NCBI GenBank assembly: GCA_031459235.1
Contig: JAVKIY010000006.1
Location: 2,067 to 66,066, forward strand
Reading direction: 5' to 3'
Origin: Candidatus Fervidifonticultor tertius
GTDB lineage: Bacteria > Sysuimicrobiota > Sysuimicrobiia > Sysuimicrobiales > Humicultoraceae
Length of the DNA: 64,000 bases
A program made the position numbers and the translations under genes. Below, in pieces: positions 34,470 to 43,698 of the stretch. Numbering within the stretch: position 1 is the stretch's first letter; every line of letters begins with the position of its first letter. The notes beneath the pieces are model-generated. The model searched no databases. It was not told the DNA's origin and saw only the letters and a program-made list of their open reading frames with translations.

Positions 34470-35501
34470 TCAATCGGTCGGGGCCGTGTGCTCGTGCGTG
34501 GGCCGCGCACCCGCCTCCACGCCCAGGGGGGCCAGCCATCGCTCCGCGTTCTCCCAGTAGACCTGACGGAGGACGTCGGTCGGTAGCGCCAGCCCGCGCA
34601 GCACCGGCTCGCCGTCCGCGTCGGGATCGTCGAGCGGCAGCGGACAGACGAGATCGGTCTCCCAGAACATCTGGTGGATCCAGTAGCGAACTCGATACCG
34701 TTGGGGATCGGGCTCGTCGAGGACGAGCTGATCCGTGCCGAAGAGTAGGCGGTCCGCATAACGGGCAAAGAACGCGCGCGCCGCCTCGGGCTGGCGTCCG
34801 AGCTCACGGACGATCCAGCGTGTAGCGCTGGTGTCCAGCGACAGGTTCGGGTAGCGGTCCAGCAGGCGGCTGAGGTGCGCGAGGTCCTCCGGGTCGCCGC
34901 CCATGTGCGCGGCCAGCACGCGGACCGACGGGTACTGCGCCAGGCGCCGCTCGAGCTGGGGGTACTGGCCGGCCTTGGTGCCGTAGCGCGCGACGTCGGC
35001 GTACTTCGTCGCGAACCAGCGGTCGGGGTCGGCGATGTGCACCAAGATGTTCAGCCGGTGTTCGGCGATCGCGTCGAACACCGGGTCGAGCAGGGGCGCG
35101 TCGAGGTGGAGGCCGTCGAAGCGGTCGTAGATGCGCGGCGCAAACCAGAGCTTGACGACGCGCACGCCCTCGGCCGCCGCCCGCGCGAGCAGGGTGCGGT
35201 TCTCCGATGCGAACCGGGCGGGGTCCCCGCGGTGCTCCCAGGCCAGCGTGGTGGCGACGATCAGTCGGTCGCCGTACCGCTCGCGCAGGGCCAGCCCGCG
35301 GTCGAGCTCGCAGATGCCGACCAGGCGCCGTACGCCGTAGAGGTCGGCCGCCGCGAACAGCTCCTCCACGTGCGCGCGGCCGACGTGCGTGTGCACGTCC
35401 ACGATCGGACCGTCGGCCGTGCGGGGCGGCGGGTCGGCGAACGCTGTGGCCCTCGCGCGCGCGAGTGCCCCGGCCGGTGACGACTCGGATGCGGTCTCCA
35501 T
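34470..35501 (-). CDS. Amidohydrolase_2 (PF04909) family metal hydrolase
   Basis: Internal ATG 35501 (METASESS..). IVDVHTHVG (HxH), NILVHIADP, LAAHMGG and LLFGTDQ. Confidence 0.85.
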   Translation of the reverse strand: METASESSPAGALARARATAFADPPPRTADGPIVDVHTHVGRAHVEELFAAADLYGVRRLVGICELDRGLALRERYGDRLIVATTLAWEHRGDPARFASENRTLLARAAAEGVRVVKLWFAPRIYDRFDGLHLDAPLLDPVFDAIAEHRLNILVHIADPDRWFATKYADVARYGTKAGQYPQLERRLAQYPSVRVLAAHMGGDPEDLAHLSRLLDRYPNLSLDTSATRWIVRELGRQPEAARAFFARYADRLLFGTDQLVLDEPDPQRYRVRYWIHQMFWETDLVCPLPLDDPDADGEPVLRGLALPTDVLRQVYWENAERWLAPLGVEAGARPTHEHTAPTD

Positions 35502-35619
35502 GCGATGAGGGTACGACGGCCGGCGACGCTTCTCCCGCGGCCCCGAAGGGGCAAGGCGTGTGTGGGGGAACGGCGAAGTTCTCCGGGCAGTGCCGCCCAC
35601 GTTGAGGAGGAGCGTCACG

Positions 35620-36561
35620 ATGCTGCCCAACCCCACCCGCCGCTTCCTCTCCGCCATCGGCCTGCCATCGGGAGACGCCGGCGATCTACCAGACTCCGCC
35701 CGCCGCTTCCCAGACGGTGCGCACTACCGCATCGAGATTCCCAGCGTCGAAGGCCCCCGGGTACTGGCCGCCGTGATCGAGGAGGCCGCGCGGCGCGGCA
35801 CCACGGTGCACCGTGTCTCGCAAGGCAGCGGCATCATGCTGCTAGACGACAGCGAGATCCGCGAAATGGCCCGCCTGGGCCACGCGCACGGCATCGAGGT
35901 GAGCCTGTTCGTCGGCCCCCGCGCCGGCTGGGACGTCGGCGCGCAGGTCGCGTCGGCGTCCGGACGCAACCTCGGCGCGCGGCTGCGGGGGATGGATCAA
36001 GTCGTCTACGCGGCCGAGGACATCCGACGCGCGTGCGCGCTCGGCATTCGGTCGGTGCTGGTCGCGGACGAAGGGCTCCTGTGGCTGGCCAACGAGATGA
36101 AGCGACGCGGCGAGCTGCCCACCGATCTGGTGCTCAAGGTATCGGTATCCATGGGACCGGCCAACCCCCTGTCGATCCGCATCATGGAGCAGCTCGGCGC
36201 CGGCACGTACAACACACCGACTGACCTGTCCCTGGCGCAGTTCGCCGCGATCCGCCAGGCGGTCTCGCTCCCGCTCGACGTCTACGTGGAGGTGCCCGAC
36301 GACTTCGGTGGGTTCGTCCGCTACTACGAGGCCCCCGAGCTGGTGCGGGTGGCCGCGCCGGTCTACGTGAAGCTGGGCCTCCGGAACGCGCCGGGCGTCT
36401 ACCCGAGCGGCGCGCACCTGGAGGCCGCCGCGATCGCGATGGCGCGCGAGAAGGTGCACCGGGCAGCGATCGCGATCGCCATGATCGAGCGGTACTTCCC
36501 AGCGGCCACCGTCTCGCCGGCGGGCCCGGCCGACATGGGGATCCCCGTGGGCGCCCCCTGA
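35620..36561 (+). CDS. Conserved hypothetical protein, function unknown
   Basis: ATG 35620 with a GAGGAGGAG SD 7 nt upstream. 313 aa with non-repetitive composition (MLPNPTRRFLSAIGLPSGDAGDLPDSARRFPDGAHYRIEIPSVEGPRVL..). I cannot name a family. Confidence 0.75.
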   Translation: MLPNPTRRFLSAIGLPSGDAGDLPDSARRFPDGAHYRIEIPSVEGPRVLAAVIEEAARRGTTVHRVSQGSGIMLLDDSEIREMARLGHAHGIEVSLFVGPRAGWDVGAQVASASGRNLGARLRGMDQVVYAAEDIRRACALGIRSVLVADEGLLWLANEMKRRGELPTDLVLKVSVSMGPANPLSIRIMEQLGAGTYNTPTDLSLAQFAAIRQAVSLPLDVYVEVPDDFGGFVRYYEAPELVRVAAPVYVKLGLRNAPGVYPSGAHLEAAAIAMAREKVHRAAIAIAMIERYFPAATVSPAGPADMGIPVGAP

Positions 36562-36577
36562 CCCCCGGCCACCCCGT

Positions 36578-37090
36578 TCAGACCCGCTCGATCCGCAGCC
36601 GGCGCGTCCCCTCACGCCGCAGGCGCCGGCACGCCTGCTGGAAGTCGGCCCAGTCGTACAGCCAGTCGCCCGGCACCCGGGCGAAGAGGCTGGCGAACGC
36701 CGGCACCCCCTCGTGCTGGCGCAGTACCACCCCGCGGCCGTAGACGAAGCAGATCTCGCCCACCGCTCGCCGGGCCGTCAGCACGCCGGTCCCCGCCTCC
36801 GTGAAGTAGAGCAGCTCGCCGGGCAGGGGGAGCTGTGTAAGGTTCTCGTGGGGGGCGCCGAGGGGGTCGAGCGCCACGAAGATCTCGGCCCCGGAGTACT
36901 GGCCGTGTAGCGCCCCTCCCTCCAGGGGGAGCGCGTCCCACACCGCCTGGCAGACCGCTGGCGCGGCGTCGTCGAGCAGGTCGGCCATGACCGTCTCGCC
37001 GGTCTCGAACGCCAGCCGGATACGCCTGCGTGGGCTGCTCACATCGGGTACACTACCCGTAGCCGTGACCCATCCCTCCTCGTCGCCCAT
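36578..37090 (-). CDS. DUF3830-like (cyclophilin-like fold) protein
   Basis: RRIRLAFETGETVMADLLDDAAPAVCQAVWDALP..HGQYSGAEIF resembles DUF3830. The real start is probably GTG 37042 (VSSPRRRIRLAF) rather than ATG 37090. Confidence 0.7.
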   Translation of the reverse strand: MGDEEGWVTATGSVPDVSSPRRRIRLAFETGETVMADLLDDAAPAVCQAVWDALPLEGGALHGQYSGAEIFVALDPLGAPHENLTQLPLPGELLYFTEAGTGVLTARRAVGEICFVYGRGVVLRQHEGVPAFASLFARVPGDWLYDWADFQQACRRLRREGTRRLRIERV

Positions 37091-38126
37091 CTACCGCGCG
37101 GGCATCATCGGATGCGGTCGCATCGCCGACACCATCGAAGCTGAGGCGGCGACCGGCCCGTCGTGGGCGCTGCTACCCTACTCCCACGCCGGCGCCTACC
37201 AACGGTGCGCGCGCACGATCCTGGTCGCCGCCGCCGACCCCAACGAGGAGCGCCGGACCCTGCTGGGCCGCCGGCGGGGCGTGGAGCGACTCTATGCCGA
37301 CTACCGCGAGATGCTCGACCGCGAGCGGATCGACATCGTCAGCATCTGCGTCCCGACGCGTGCCCACGCCGCGGTGGCGATCGACGTGGCCGGCCGCGGC
37401 GTCAGGGGTATCTACCTCGAGAAACCGATCGCGCAGAGCCTGCGCGAGGCCGACGCCATGATCGCGGCGTTCGACCGCCACGGCACGGCGGTGGCCGTCA
37501 ACCACATGCGCACCTGGGATCCACTCTATGGTCGCGTCCGGGAACTCATCGCTACCGGAGCAGTCGGAGCACTACGCACCATCATGGCCCACGTCCGCGA
37601 GGGTGTGCTGTTCGGCGGCACGCACCTCTACGATCTCCTCCGGTTCCTGGTCGGCGCCGAGCCCGAGTGGGTGTTCGGCGAGCTCCACGGCGCACCTGGT
37701 CTCCACGAGCCAGGCGCGCGCGGCATCATCGGCTTCCCCGCCGGCGTCCGCGCCTACGTCGACGGTGCGGCGGACGACCCGACGCCGCTGGAACTCGACA
37801 TCACCGGCACGGAGGGCCGCATCCGCATCGGGAACGGAACCTACCCCGAGTGGTTCCGGCTCGACCGCGGCGGCGGCCGGCCCGTGCTCACGCGTCGCGG
37901 CTTCCCCGGGATGCACGACGGCCGCAGCGGTATGCTGCGCGCGGTCGAGGACCTGGTGGCGGCGATCGAGGGAGGGCAGGCACCCGCCTCCAGCGCGACC
38001 GATGCGCGGGCCGATCTCGAGATCGCCGTGGCGTTCGCCCTCTCGCACCGCAGCGGTGGCCGTGTGACGATCCCGGTGTCCGATCTCGATCTCACCATCG
38101 AAGACCCGTGGGGTCGGGACCCGTGA
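37065..38126 (+). CDS. Gfo/Idh/MocA-family NAD(P)-dependent oxidoreductase
   Basis: GTG 37065 is the only start close to the Rossmann motif YRAGIIGCGRIA. IYLEKPIA motif. The ORF-track start at 36987 would add an atypical 26-aa extension. Confidence 0.8.
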   Translation: MTHPSSSPIYRAGIIGCGRIADTIEAEAATGPSWALLPYSHAGAYQRCARTILVAAADPNEERRTLLGRRRGVERLYADYREMLDRERIDIVSICVPTRAHAAVAIDVAGRGVRGIYLEKPIAQSLREADAMIAAFDRHGTAVAVNHMRTWDPLYGRVRELIATGAVGALRTIMAHVREGVLFGGTHLYDLLRFLVGAEPEWVFGELHGAPGLHEPGARGIIGFPAGVRAYVDGAADDPTPLELDITGTEGRIRIGNGTYPEWFRLDRGGGRPVLTRRGFPGMHDGRSGMLRAVEDLVAAIEGGQAPASSATDARADLEIAVAFALSHRSGGRVTIPVSDLDLTIEDPWGRDP

Positions 38127-38161
38127 TCCCAAGCCCCACGCGGACAGCGCCGGACCCGCCT

Positions 38162-39721
38162 CTACCGGCTCAGCCAGACGCCGTGGAAGTGCATGTGCTG
38201 GCGCACGTCAGGGACGAACCCCCGCACTGACGGCAGGGCGCCGTAGAGGATCGGCCGCTCGTTGAGGATGATCCCGGGAGCGTCGTACTGCACGATAAGC
38301 TGGGCATGGTCGTAGACGCGCTTGCGGTCGGCCTGCCGGACGACCGAGCGCCCCTGATCGAGCTGCTTCTCGAACAGCTCGTGCCGCCAGCCGATCGCGC
38401 GGCCGTTCACGCGGCGGATGGAGAACAGGTTGCCGAGAATCGAATCCGGATCGTAGGGCGGAATGACCCCCGTGAGCCCGAGTTGGAAGTCACGCTGGAC
38501 GAGCACCTGGTTGATCCAGATGCCGATCTGCTGGGGGAGCAGCTCGACCCTGATGCCGATCTCCGCTAGGTTCGCCTGGATGACCTGGGCGATAGGAAAG
38601 AACTCGGCACGGCTGGTGAGGTGCTTGAGCTGGAGCGTGACCCCCCCGACGCCCGACTCCGACATCAGCCTCCGCGCCCGCGCCAGGTCGCGCTCGTTGA
38701 ACGACACCGACTGTGGGTTGAAGGCCCAGTGCCGGGGCGGGATCGCGTTGGACTTCAGCGTGCCCTCGCCGAAGGTGACCTCGAGCAGCGCCTTGCGGTC
38801 GATGGCGAAGCTGATCGCCTGGCGCACCTTGAGATTGTCCAGCGGCGGGCGGTCCGCGCGCGTGAGCAGGTAGTACGACGAAGGCGAGACCCCGGGCGGA
38901 ATGCCGTGCACCCGCACGCGGCCGGCCTGCCGCACGGCCTGCACCCTGGGTAGCGGCACCGTGTCCGTGAACTCGACCTGGCCGGACTCCAGCAGCACCA
39001 GCTTCTGATTCTCATCCGGTGTGGGCAGGAAGACGAGCTCGTCGAGGTAGGGCTGTCCACTCGAGTAGTACCCGGGGAACTTCCGCACGCGAACGTGGCG
39101 CAGGCGTACCCACTCGACGAACTGGAATGGTCCGGACCCGACGGGATTCCGCTCGTCGAAGTTGGGCGGGACCACCTTGATGTCCGCGGCGTCGAGCAGG
39201 AACGCGGCGTTGGGCGCCTTCAGCCTGAACCGCACCGTGCGGGGGTCGAGCACCTCGGTGGCGGCGATCTGCTCGACCAGGACCCGCGGCTGACCGGTAC
39301 CCTGCGCGAGTGAGCGCTCGACGGTGAACTTGATCGACTCCGCCGTGAGCGGCTGGCCGTCGTGGAAGCGGAGGCCCTGGCGCAGCCGGAAGATGTACGT
39401 AGACGCATCCGGCGACTCCCAGGACTCCGCCAGCTGTCCCTTCGGCCCCTGGGTGAAGTCGTCCTCGAGCAGCCCGTCGAACAGCGCGTCCTTCACGTGG
39501 AAGTCGAAGAGGGTGCTCGACCGGTGGGGGTCAAGCGTGGTCGGCTCGGCGCCGAGGGTCACCCGGAGCACGCCGCCAGGGGTCGGCCGCGGGGACGCGG
39601 GCCCCGTGGCGGGCGCCGCCATGGCTGGGACCGCCCGTCGCAGCGCACTACCCGCTGCTAGCGCGGCGGCACCGGTGACGAACTGCCTGCGGGTGAGCGT
39701 CGTCCTCGATCGTCTGTCCAT
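38162..39721 (-). CDS. ABC substrate-binding protein, family 5 (DppA/OppA-like), module 3, Tat signal
   Basis: Internal ATG 39721 (MDRRSRTTLTRRQFVTGAAALAAGSAL). RFHDGQPLTA and GSGPFQFVEW. Confidence 0.9.
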   Translation of the reverse strand: MDRRSRTTLTRRQFVTGAAALAAGSALRRAVPAMAAPATGPASPRPTPGGVLRVTLGAEPTTLDPHRSSTLFDFHVKDALFDGLLEDDFTQGPKGQLAESWESPDASTYIFRLRQGLRFHDGQPLTAESIKFTVERSLAQGTGQPRVLVEQIAATEVLDPRTVRFRLKAPNAAFLLDAADIKVVPPNFDERNPVGSGPFQFVEWVRLRHVRVRKFPGYYSSGQPYLDELVFLPTPDENQKLVLLESGQVEFTDTVPLPRVQAVRQAGRVRVHGIPPGVSPSSYYLLTRADRPPLDNLKVRQAISFAIDRKALLEVTFGEGTLKSNAIPPRHWAFNPQSVSFNERDLARARRLMSESGVGGVTLQLKHLTSRAEFFPIAQVIQANLAEIGIRVELLPQQIGIWINQVLVQRDFQLGLTGVIPPYDPDSILGNLFSIRRVNGRAIGWRHELFEKQLDQGRSVVRQADRKRVYDHAQLIVQYDAPGIILNERPILYGALPSVRGFVPDVRQHMHFHGVWLSR

Positions 39722-39791
39722 CGTCGCACCTCGTTCCCCGCCGTGACGCGTCCCCGTATCCCCGTCCGCGTCGAGCATCGACATTCGAGGA

Positions 39792-40691
39792 TCATCCCGA
39801 GGGCTCCTCCGCGAGGCGCGCGGCCCTGGCGCCGCGCAACCGCGGGTCGAGGGCGTCGCGCAGCCCGTCGCCCAGCAGGTTCAGCCCCAGGACGGCGATG
39901 AGAATGGCGCCGCCCGCCGCCATCGAGTACCAGGCGGTCTGGTCCAGGTACCGCCGGCCGGTGTCCAGCATGGCCCCCCACGACGGCGTCGGGGGCTGGA
40001 TGCCCAGCCCGAGGAACGACAGCGCGGCCTCCGTGAGGATGGCATTGGCGAAGCTCACCGACGTCTGTACCATCAGCGGCGAGACGTGGTTCGGCAGCAG
40101 GACGCGGACCAGGACGTAGAGATCGCCCGCGCCGCACGCGCGGGCCGCATCGGTGAACTCCCGCTCCTTGATCGCGAGCGCGCTCGCCTGCGCCAGGCGC
40201 GCGAACGCCGGAATGGTCACGATGCCGATCGCGACCGCGGCGTTCGTCAGGCTCGGGCCGAGCGTGGCGGTCAGCGCCATGGCCAGGATGAGGGCGGGGA
40301 ACGCCAGCAATCCGTCCACGGTCCGCATGATGACCGCAGCCAGCGCGCCGCCGTAGTATCCGGCCACGAGCCCCATCGCCGTGCCCGCGGTTGCGGCGAT
40401 CCCCACCGCGACCACGCCGACCGACAGTGACGCCCGCCCGCCGTGGAGGATGCGGCTGAGCAGATCGCGGCCGAGCTCGTCCGTCCCGAGCAGGTGGCGC
40501 GCCGAGGGCGGCTGCAGCCGGTCCTGCATGCGGATCGCCAGCGGATCGTACGGGGTCAGCGCGCCCGCGAAAAGCGCGGCCAGGACCACTGCCGCGAAAA
40601 GGAGCGCACCGGCAAGCGCGCCGCGGTCGCGCCGCAGCACCCGCAGCAGCCTAGGAATAGCGGATGCGCGGGTCCAGGGCGGCGTAGGCAA
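39792..40691 (-). CDS. ABC permease, DppC/OppC-like, module 3
   Basis: 299 aa. HLLGTDELGRDLLSRILHG and FTDAARACGAGDLYVLVRVLLPN. The start is uncertain (TTG 40691 or GTG 40637). Confidence 0.85.
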   Translation of the reverse strand: MPTPPWTRASAIPRLLRVLRRDRGALAGALLFAAVVLAALFAGALTPYDPLAIRMQDRLQPPSARHLLGTDELGRDLLSRILHGGRASLSVGVVAVGIAATAGTAMGLVAGYYGGALAAVIMRTVDGLLAFPALILAMALTATLGPSLTNAAVAIGIVTIPAFARLAQASALAIKEREFTDAARACGAGDLYVLVRVLLPNHVSPLMVQTSVSFANAILTEAALSFLGLGIQPPTPSWGAMLDTGRRYLDQTAWYSMAAGGAILIAVLGLNLLGDGLRDALDPRLRGARAARLAEEPSG

Positions 40692-41595
40692 CGTCGACCA
40701 GCAGGTTGATCGTCACGAAGCCGGTCGCCACGAGCAGCACCGCGCCCTGCACGACCGCGTAGTCCCGGTGGACGATCGACTGCACCATCAGCCAGCCGAC
40801 GCCGGGCCAGTTGAAGATCTGCTCGACGACCACCAGGCCCCCGAGCAGGCTGCCGAACTCGAGCCCGAGCACCGTGACGAAGGGGATGAGCGCGTTCTTG
40901 AGCGCGTGCCGGAACACAACGACCCGGCCGCTCAGCCCCTTGGCGCGCGCCGTGCGAATGTAGTCCTGGTCGATGACCTCGAGCATGCTGGCGCGCAGAA
41001 ACCGCATCTGCACCGCCGCCAGCGACAGGGCGACCACCAGCACAGGCAACGCGGCGAACCGCAGGCTCGCGAGCGGCGCCTCGCCGAACGGCGCGAACCC
41101 CGCGGGTGGAAGCACGCGCCAGCGTACCGCGAAGACCAGAATCAGGAGCACGGCCAGCCAGTAACGCGGCACGCTGAAACCGACCAGAGCGGCCGCCCGC
41201 GTGAGCTGGTCCCACCAGGTGCCGCGGTGCAGCGCGGCCAGGATGCCGACGGGCACCGAAATCATCAGGCTCCCCGCCATGCCGAGCACGGCGATCTGGA
41301 GCGTGGCGGGGAACTTCTCGACGACCAGCGAGAACACGCCCTGGCGGTTGAGGTGTGACTCGCCCAGGTCGGCGCGCAGCGCGGCCCCCAGCCAGGCCGC
41401 GTACTGGATTGCCAGCGGGCGGTCGAGGCCGAGCTCGCGTCGCAGGCGGGCCACCGACTCGGCGTCCGCCTCCTCGCCGAGGCGGAGCACCGCCTGGTCG
41501 CCCGGAATGATGCGGAACACGAAGAACACAATCGCCGAGACGATCAGCAGGACGGGGGCCAGGTGCAGGAGGCGGCGGGCGATGTACGCGGTCAT
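40651..41595 (-). CDS. ABC permease, DppB/OppB-like, module 3
   Basis: Internal ATG 41595 (MTAYIARRLLHLAPVLLIVSAIVF). DYIRTARAKGLSGRVVVFRHALKNAL and LDPRIRYS. Confidence 0.9.
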   Translation of the reverse strand: MTAYIARRLLHLAPVLLIVSAIVFFVFRIIPGDQAVLRLGEEADAESVARLRRELGLDRPLAIQYAAWLGAALRADLGESHLNRQGVFSLVVEKFPATLQIAVLGMAGSLMISVPVGILAALHRGTWWDQLTRAAALVGFSVPRYWLAVLLILVFAVRWRVLPPAGFAPFGEAPLASLRFAALPVLVVALSLAAVQMRFLRASMLEVIDQDYIRTARAKGLSGRVVVFRHALKNALIPFVTVLGLEFGSLLGGLVVVEQIFNWPGVGWLMVQSIVHRDYAVVQGAVLLVATGFVTINLLVDVAYAALDPRIRYS

Positions 41596-41661
41596 CTCCG
41601 TGCACGTCGGCGACGCATCGACGCATCTCCTTCGGCGTCGCCGTGCGCGGGCCCTGCCCTC

Positions 41662-42027
41662 GTCCTGGAGGGTGCTATACTGGTCGAAGCGTCGCGACGG
41701 GGTGACGGTGAAGCGATCGTTAGGTCGGGCCCGGGCTTCGATGTCCAGATCGCCGACAAACGCCGTGCCCTCGTCTGTCGGGACACCGGGATGCCGATCT
41801 TCTACGTCACGCTCGGCACGCGGCTCCATGTCAACGGCGCTCGGCTGGCCGGGGCCATCCGCCGCGGCACGGAGCGCGCCGCGCCTGAGCACCCGCTGCG
41901 GTCGAGCATCTGCCACCCGATCACGCGCGAAAACCCACAGACGAATACCGGGCGAGGCGCGCCGTGGGCGGCAGGGCTGGCGCTCGTCGCCTACGGGGGC
42001 TGGGGTCTCGTGCTGCTGGCGCGGTAG
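41662..42027 (+). pseudogene. Fragment of an Fe-S hydro-lyase alpha subunit (class I fumarate hydratase / L-tartrate dehydratase TtdA-like)
   Basis: ORF 41563..42027 contains IADKRRALVCRDTGMPIFYVTLGTRLHV..AIRRGTERAAPEHPLRSSICHPITRENPQTNTGRGAPW. This aligns by eye with E. coli TtdA PACQDTGEIMFFVKVG...APLRHNAV...NTGKNTGSGVPW. Only about 120 of about 280-300 residues are present, with no downstream continuation. Confidence 0.5.
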
Positions 42028-42034
42028 GCACCAC

Positions 42035-42949
42035 ATGGAGGTGGCGCCGGGCATCCACCGGATCGCGCTCTCGCCGGACCTGGCCACCTACGCGCTGGTC
42101 GGCGAGCGCGTGGTTCTGGTCGACGCGGGGTTCGCCGGCGCGGCGCGCACGATCGACAGATACCTCCGCGGCCTGGGCCGCTCGGTGGCGGAAGTCGCGC
42201 TCTGCGTGATCACGCACGCGCACGCCGACCACTTCGGCGGCGCCGCCGAGATCCTGGCGGCGGCGCCCGGCGCGGTGCTGGCCGCGCACGCCGCGGACGC
42301 GCCGTGGATCGAAGATCCCGCCCGTCACCTGCGCGAGAACTACGGGTGGTCGGCCGCCTACGGCCTGCCTCATCCGGATGCGCTGCTCGCGCGGATCCGC
42401 GCCATGCTCGGGCCGGGGGCGACCGTGGGACGCGCGCTGGCCGACGGCGATGCGGTGGACGCCGGGGGGTGGACCGTGCGCGTGCACCACGCACCCGGGC
42501 ATTCGCGCGGGCACCTCGTCCTGCTCGATCCCCGCTCGGGCAGCCTGCTGGCCGGCGACGCTGTCGCAGACCCGACCCTCAATCCGCCGATCTACTACGA
42601 CGCGATGACCTACCGCGACACGCTGCGCCGGCTGGACGGCCTGGCCGCCGCGCGCCTCCTGAGCTGCCACATGCCGGTCCTGGAACGCCCGGTGGCGCGC
42701 GCCCTGCTGGCGGACGCGCTCGCCCACGTCGAAGCGTGCCACCGCCTGGCCCGCGACGCGTTCGCGGCCGCGCGGGACGGACTCACGCTGCCGGAGGTGG
42801 CCTCGGCGCTGCTTGCGCACACCGGCGTCGGCGAGGAGCCCCGCCGCTGGGCATGGGCCGCGCACGGTCACGTGCAGGCGCTGGTAGCCGAGGGCGCGAT
42901 CGCACGGCGCCCGGGGGGAGGCCTGCCCGCATGGGAGATGCGACGATGA
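42035..42949 (+). CDS. MBL-fold metallo-hydrolase
   Basis: ATG 42035 ([12 protein letters not shown]). [12 protein letters not shown] (HxHxDH) and HAPGHSRGH. Confidence 0.9.
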   Translation: MEVAPGIHRIALSPDLATYALVGERVVLVDAGFAGAARTIDRYLRGLGRSVAEVALCVITHAHADHFGGAAEILAAAPGAVLAAHAADAPWIEDPARHLRENYGWSAAYGLPHPDALLARIRAMLGPGATVGRALADGDAVDAGGWTVRVHHAPGHSRGHLVLLDPRSGSLLAGDAVADPTLNPPIYYDAMTYRDTLRRLDGLAAARLLSCHMPVLERPVARALLADALAHVEACHRLARDAFAAARDGLTLPEVASALLAHTGVGEEPRRWAWAAHGHVQALVAEGAIARRPGGGLPAWEMRR

Positions 42950-43695
42950 GGTTAGAGGGCAGGGCCGCGGTCGTCACAGGCGCGGCGTCGGGCATCGGAC
43001 GGGCAATCGCCGCGCGCTTCGCCCGCGAGGGTGCGCGCGTCGTACTGGGCGACATCGACGAGTCAGGCGGCCGGGAGGCTACCGCGCAGATCCGCGCCGG
43101 GGGCGGGGACGCGCTGTTCGTCCGCTGCGACGTGGCCGTCGACGTGGACGCGGGCCGCCTGGCCGCCGCGACGGTGGAGGCGTACGGCCGCCTCGACATC
43201 CTGGTGAACAACGCGGCGGATCTGACGCCCTACGGTAACGTCCAGGACTGCAAACCGGAGGACTGGGCCCGCTCGGTGGCCGTCGGTCTCACCGGCACCT
43301 TCCTCTGCTCGCGCCACGCGCTGTCCCGCATGACGGCGGGCGGTAGCATCGTCAACATCGCGTCGGTCGGCGGCGTGCTGCCCTTCGTGGATCAGGCTTC
43401 CTATGTCGCGGTCAAGGGCGCGGTGATCCAGCTCACACGCTCGATGGCCCTCGACTTCGGCCCACGCGGCATTCGCGTCAACGCGATCGCGCCCGGGGCC
43501 GTCGAGACACGGCCGCTGCCCGAGGCGCAGGTGAAGCGGCAGATCGCGCGCAGCCCGCTGCGGCGCAGGGGTCGCCCCGAGGAGATCGCCGCCGCGGCCG
43601 TCTTCCTGTGCAGCGAGGAGGCGGCGTTCATCACGGGCGTCTGCCTCCCGGTGGACGGCGGCTGGTTGCTCGGGTACACAGCGGTTGACGGCTAG
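42946..43695 (+). CDS. Short-chain dehydrogenase/reductase (SDR)
   Basis: ATGA overlap. [25 protein letters not shown] (YxxxK) and PGAVET. Confidence 0.92.
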   Translation: MRLEGRAAVVTGAASGIGRAIAARFAREGARVVLGDIDESGGREATAQIRAGGGDALFVRCDVAVDVDAGRLAAATVEAYGRLDILVNNAADLTPYGNVQDCKPEDWARSVAVGLTGTFLCSRHALSRMTAGGSIVNIASVGGVLPFVDQASYVAVKGAVIQLTRSMALDFGPRGIRVNAIAPGAVETRPLPEAQVKRQIARSPLRRRGRPEEIAAAAVFLCSEEAAFITGVCLPVDGGWLLGYTAVDG

Positions 43696-43698
43696 CGT

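Noticed and set aside
41563-42027. 154-aa ORF as an intact small fumarase-like gene
   Set aside because: The N-terminal about 30 codons overlap the divergent permease start and look non-coding. The C-terminus leaves the family alignment after NTGRGAPW. More than half of the domain, including further cluster ligands, is missing.
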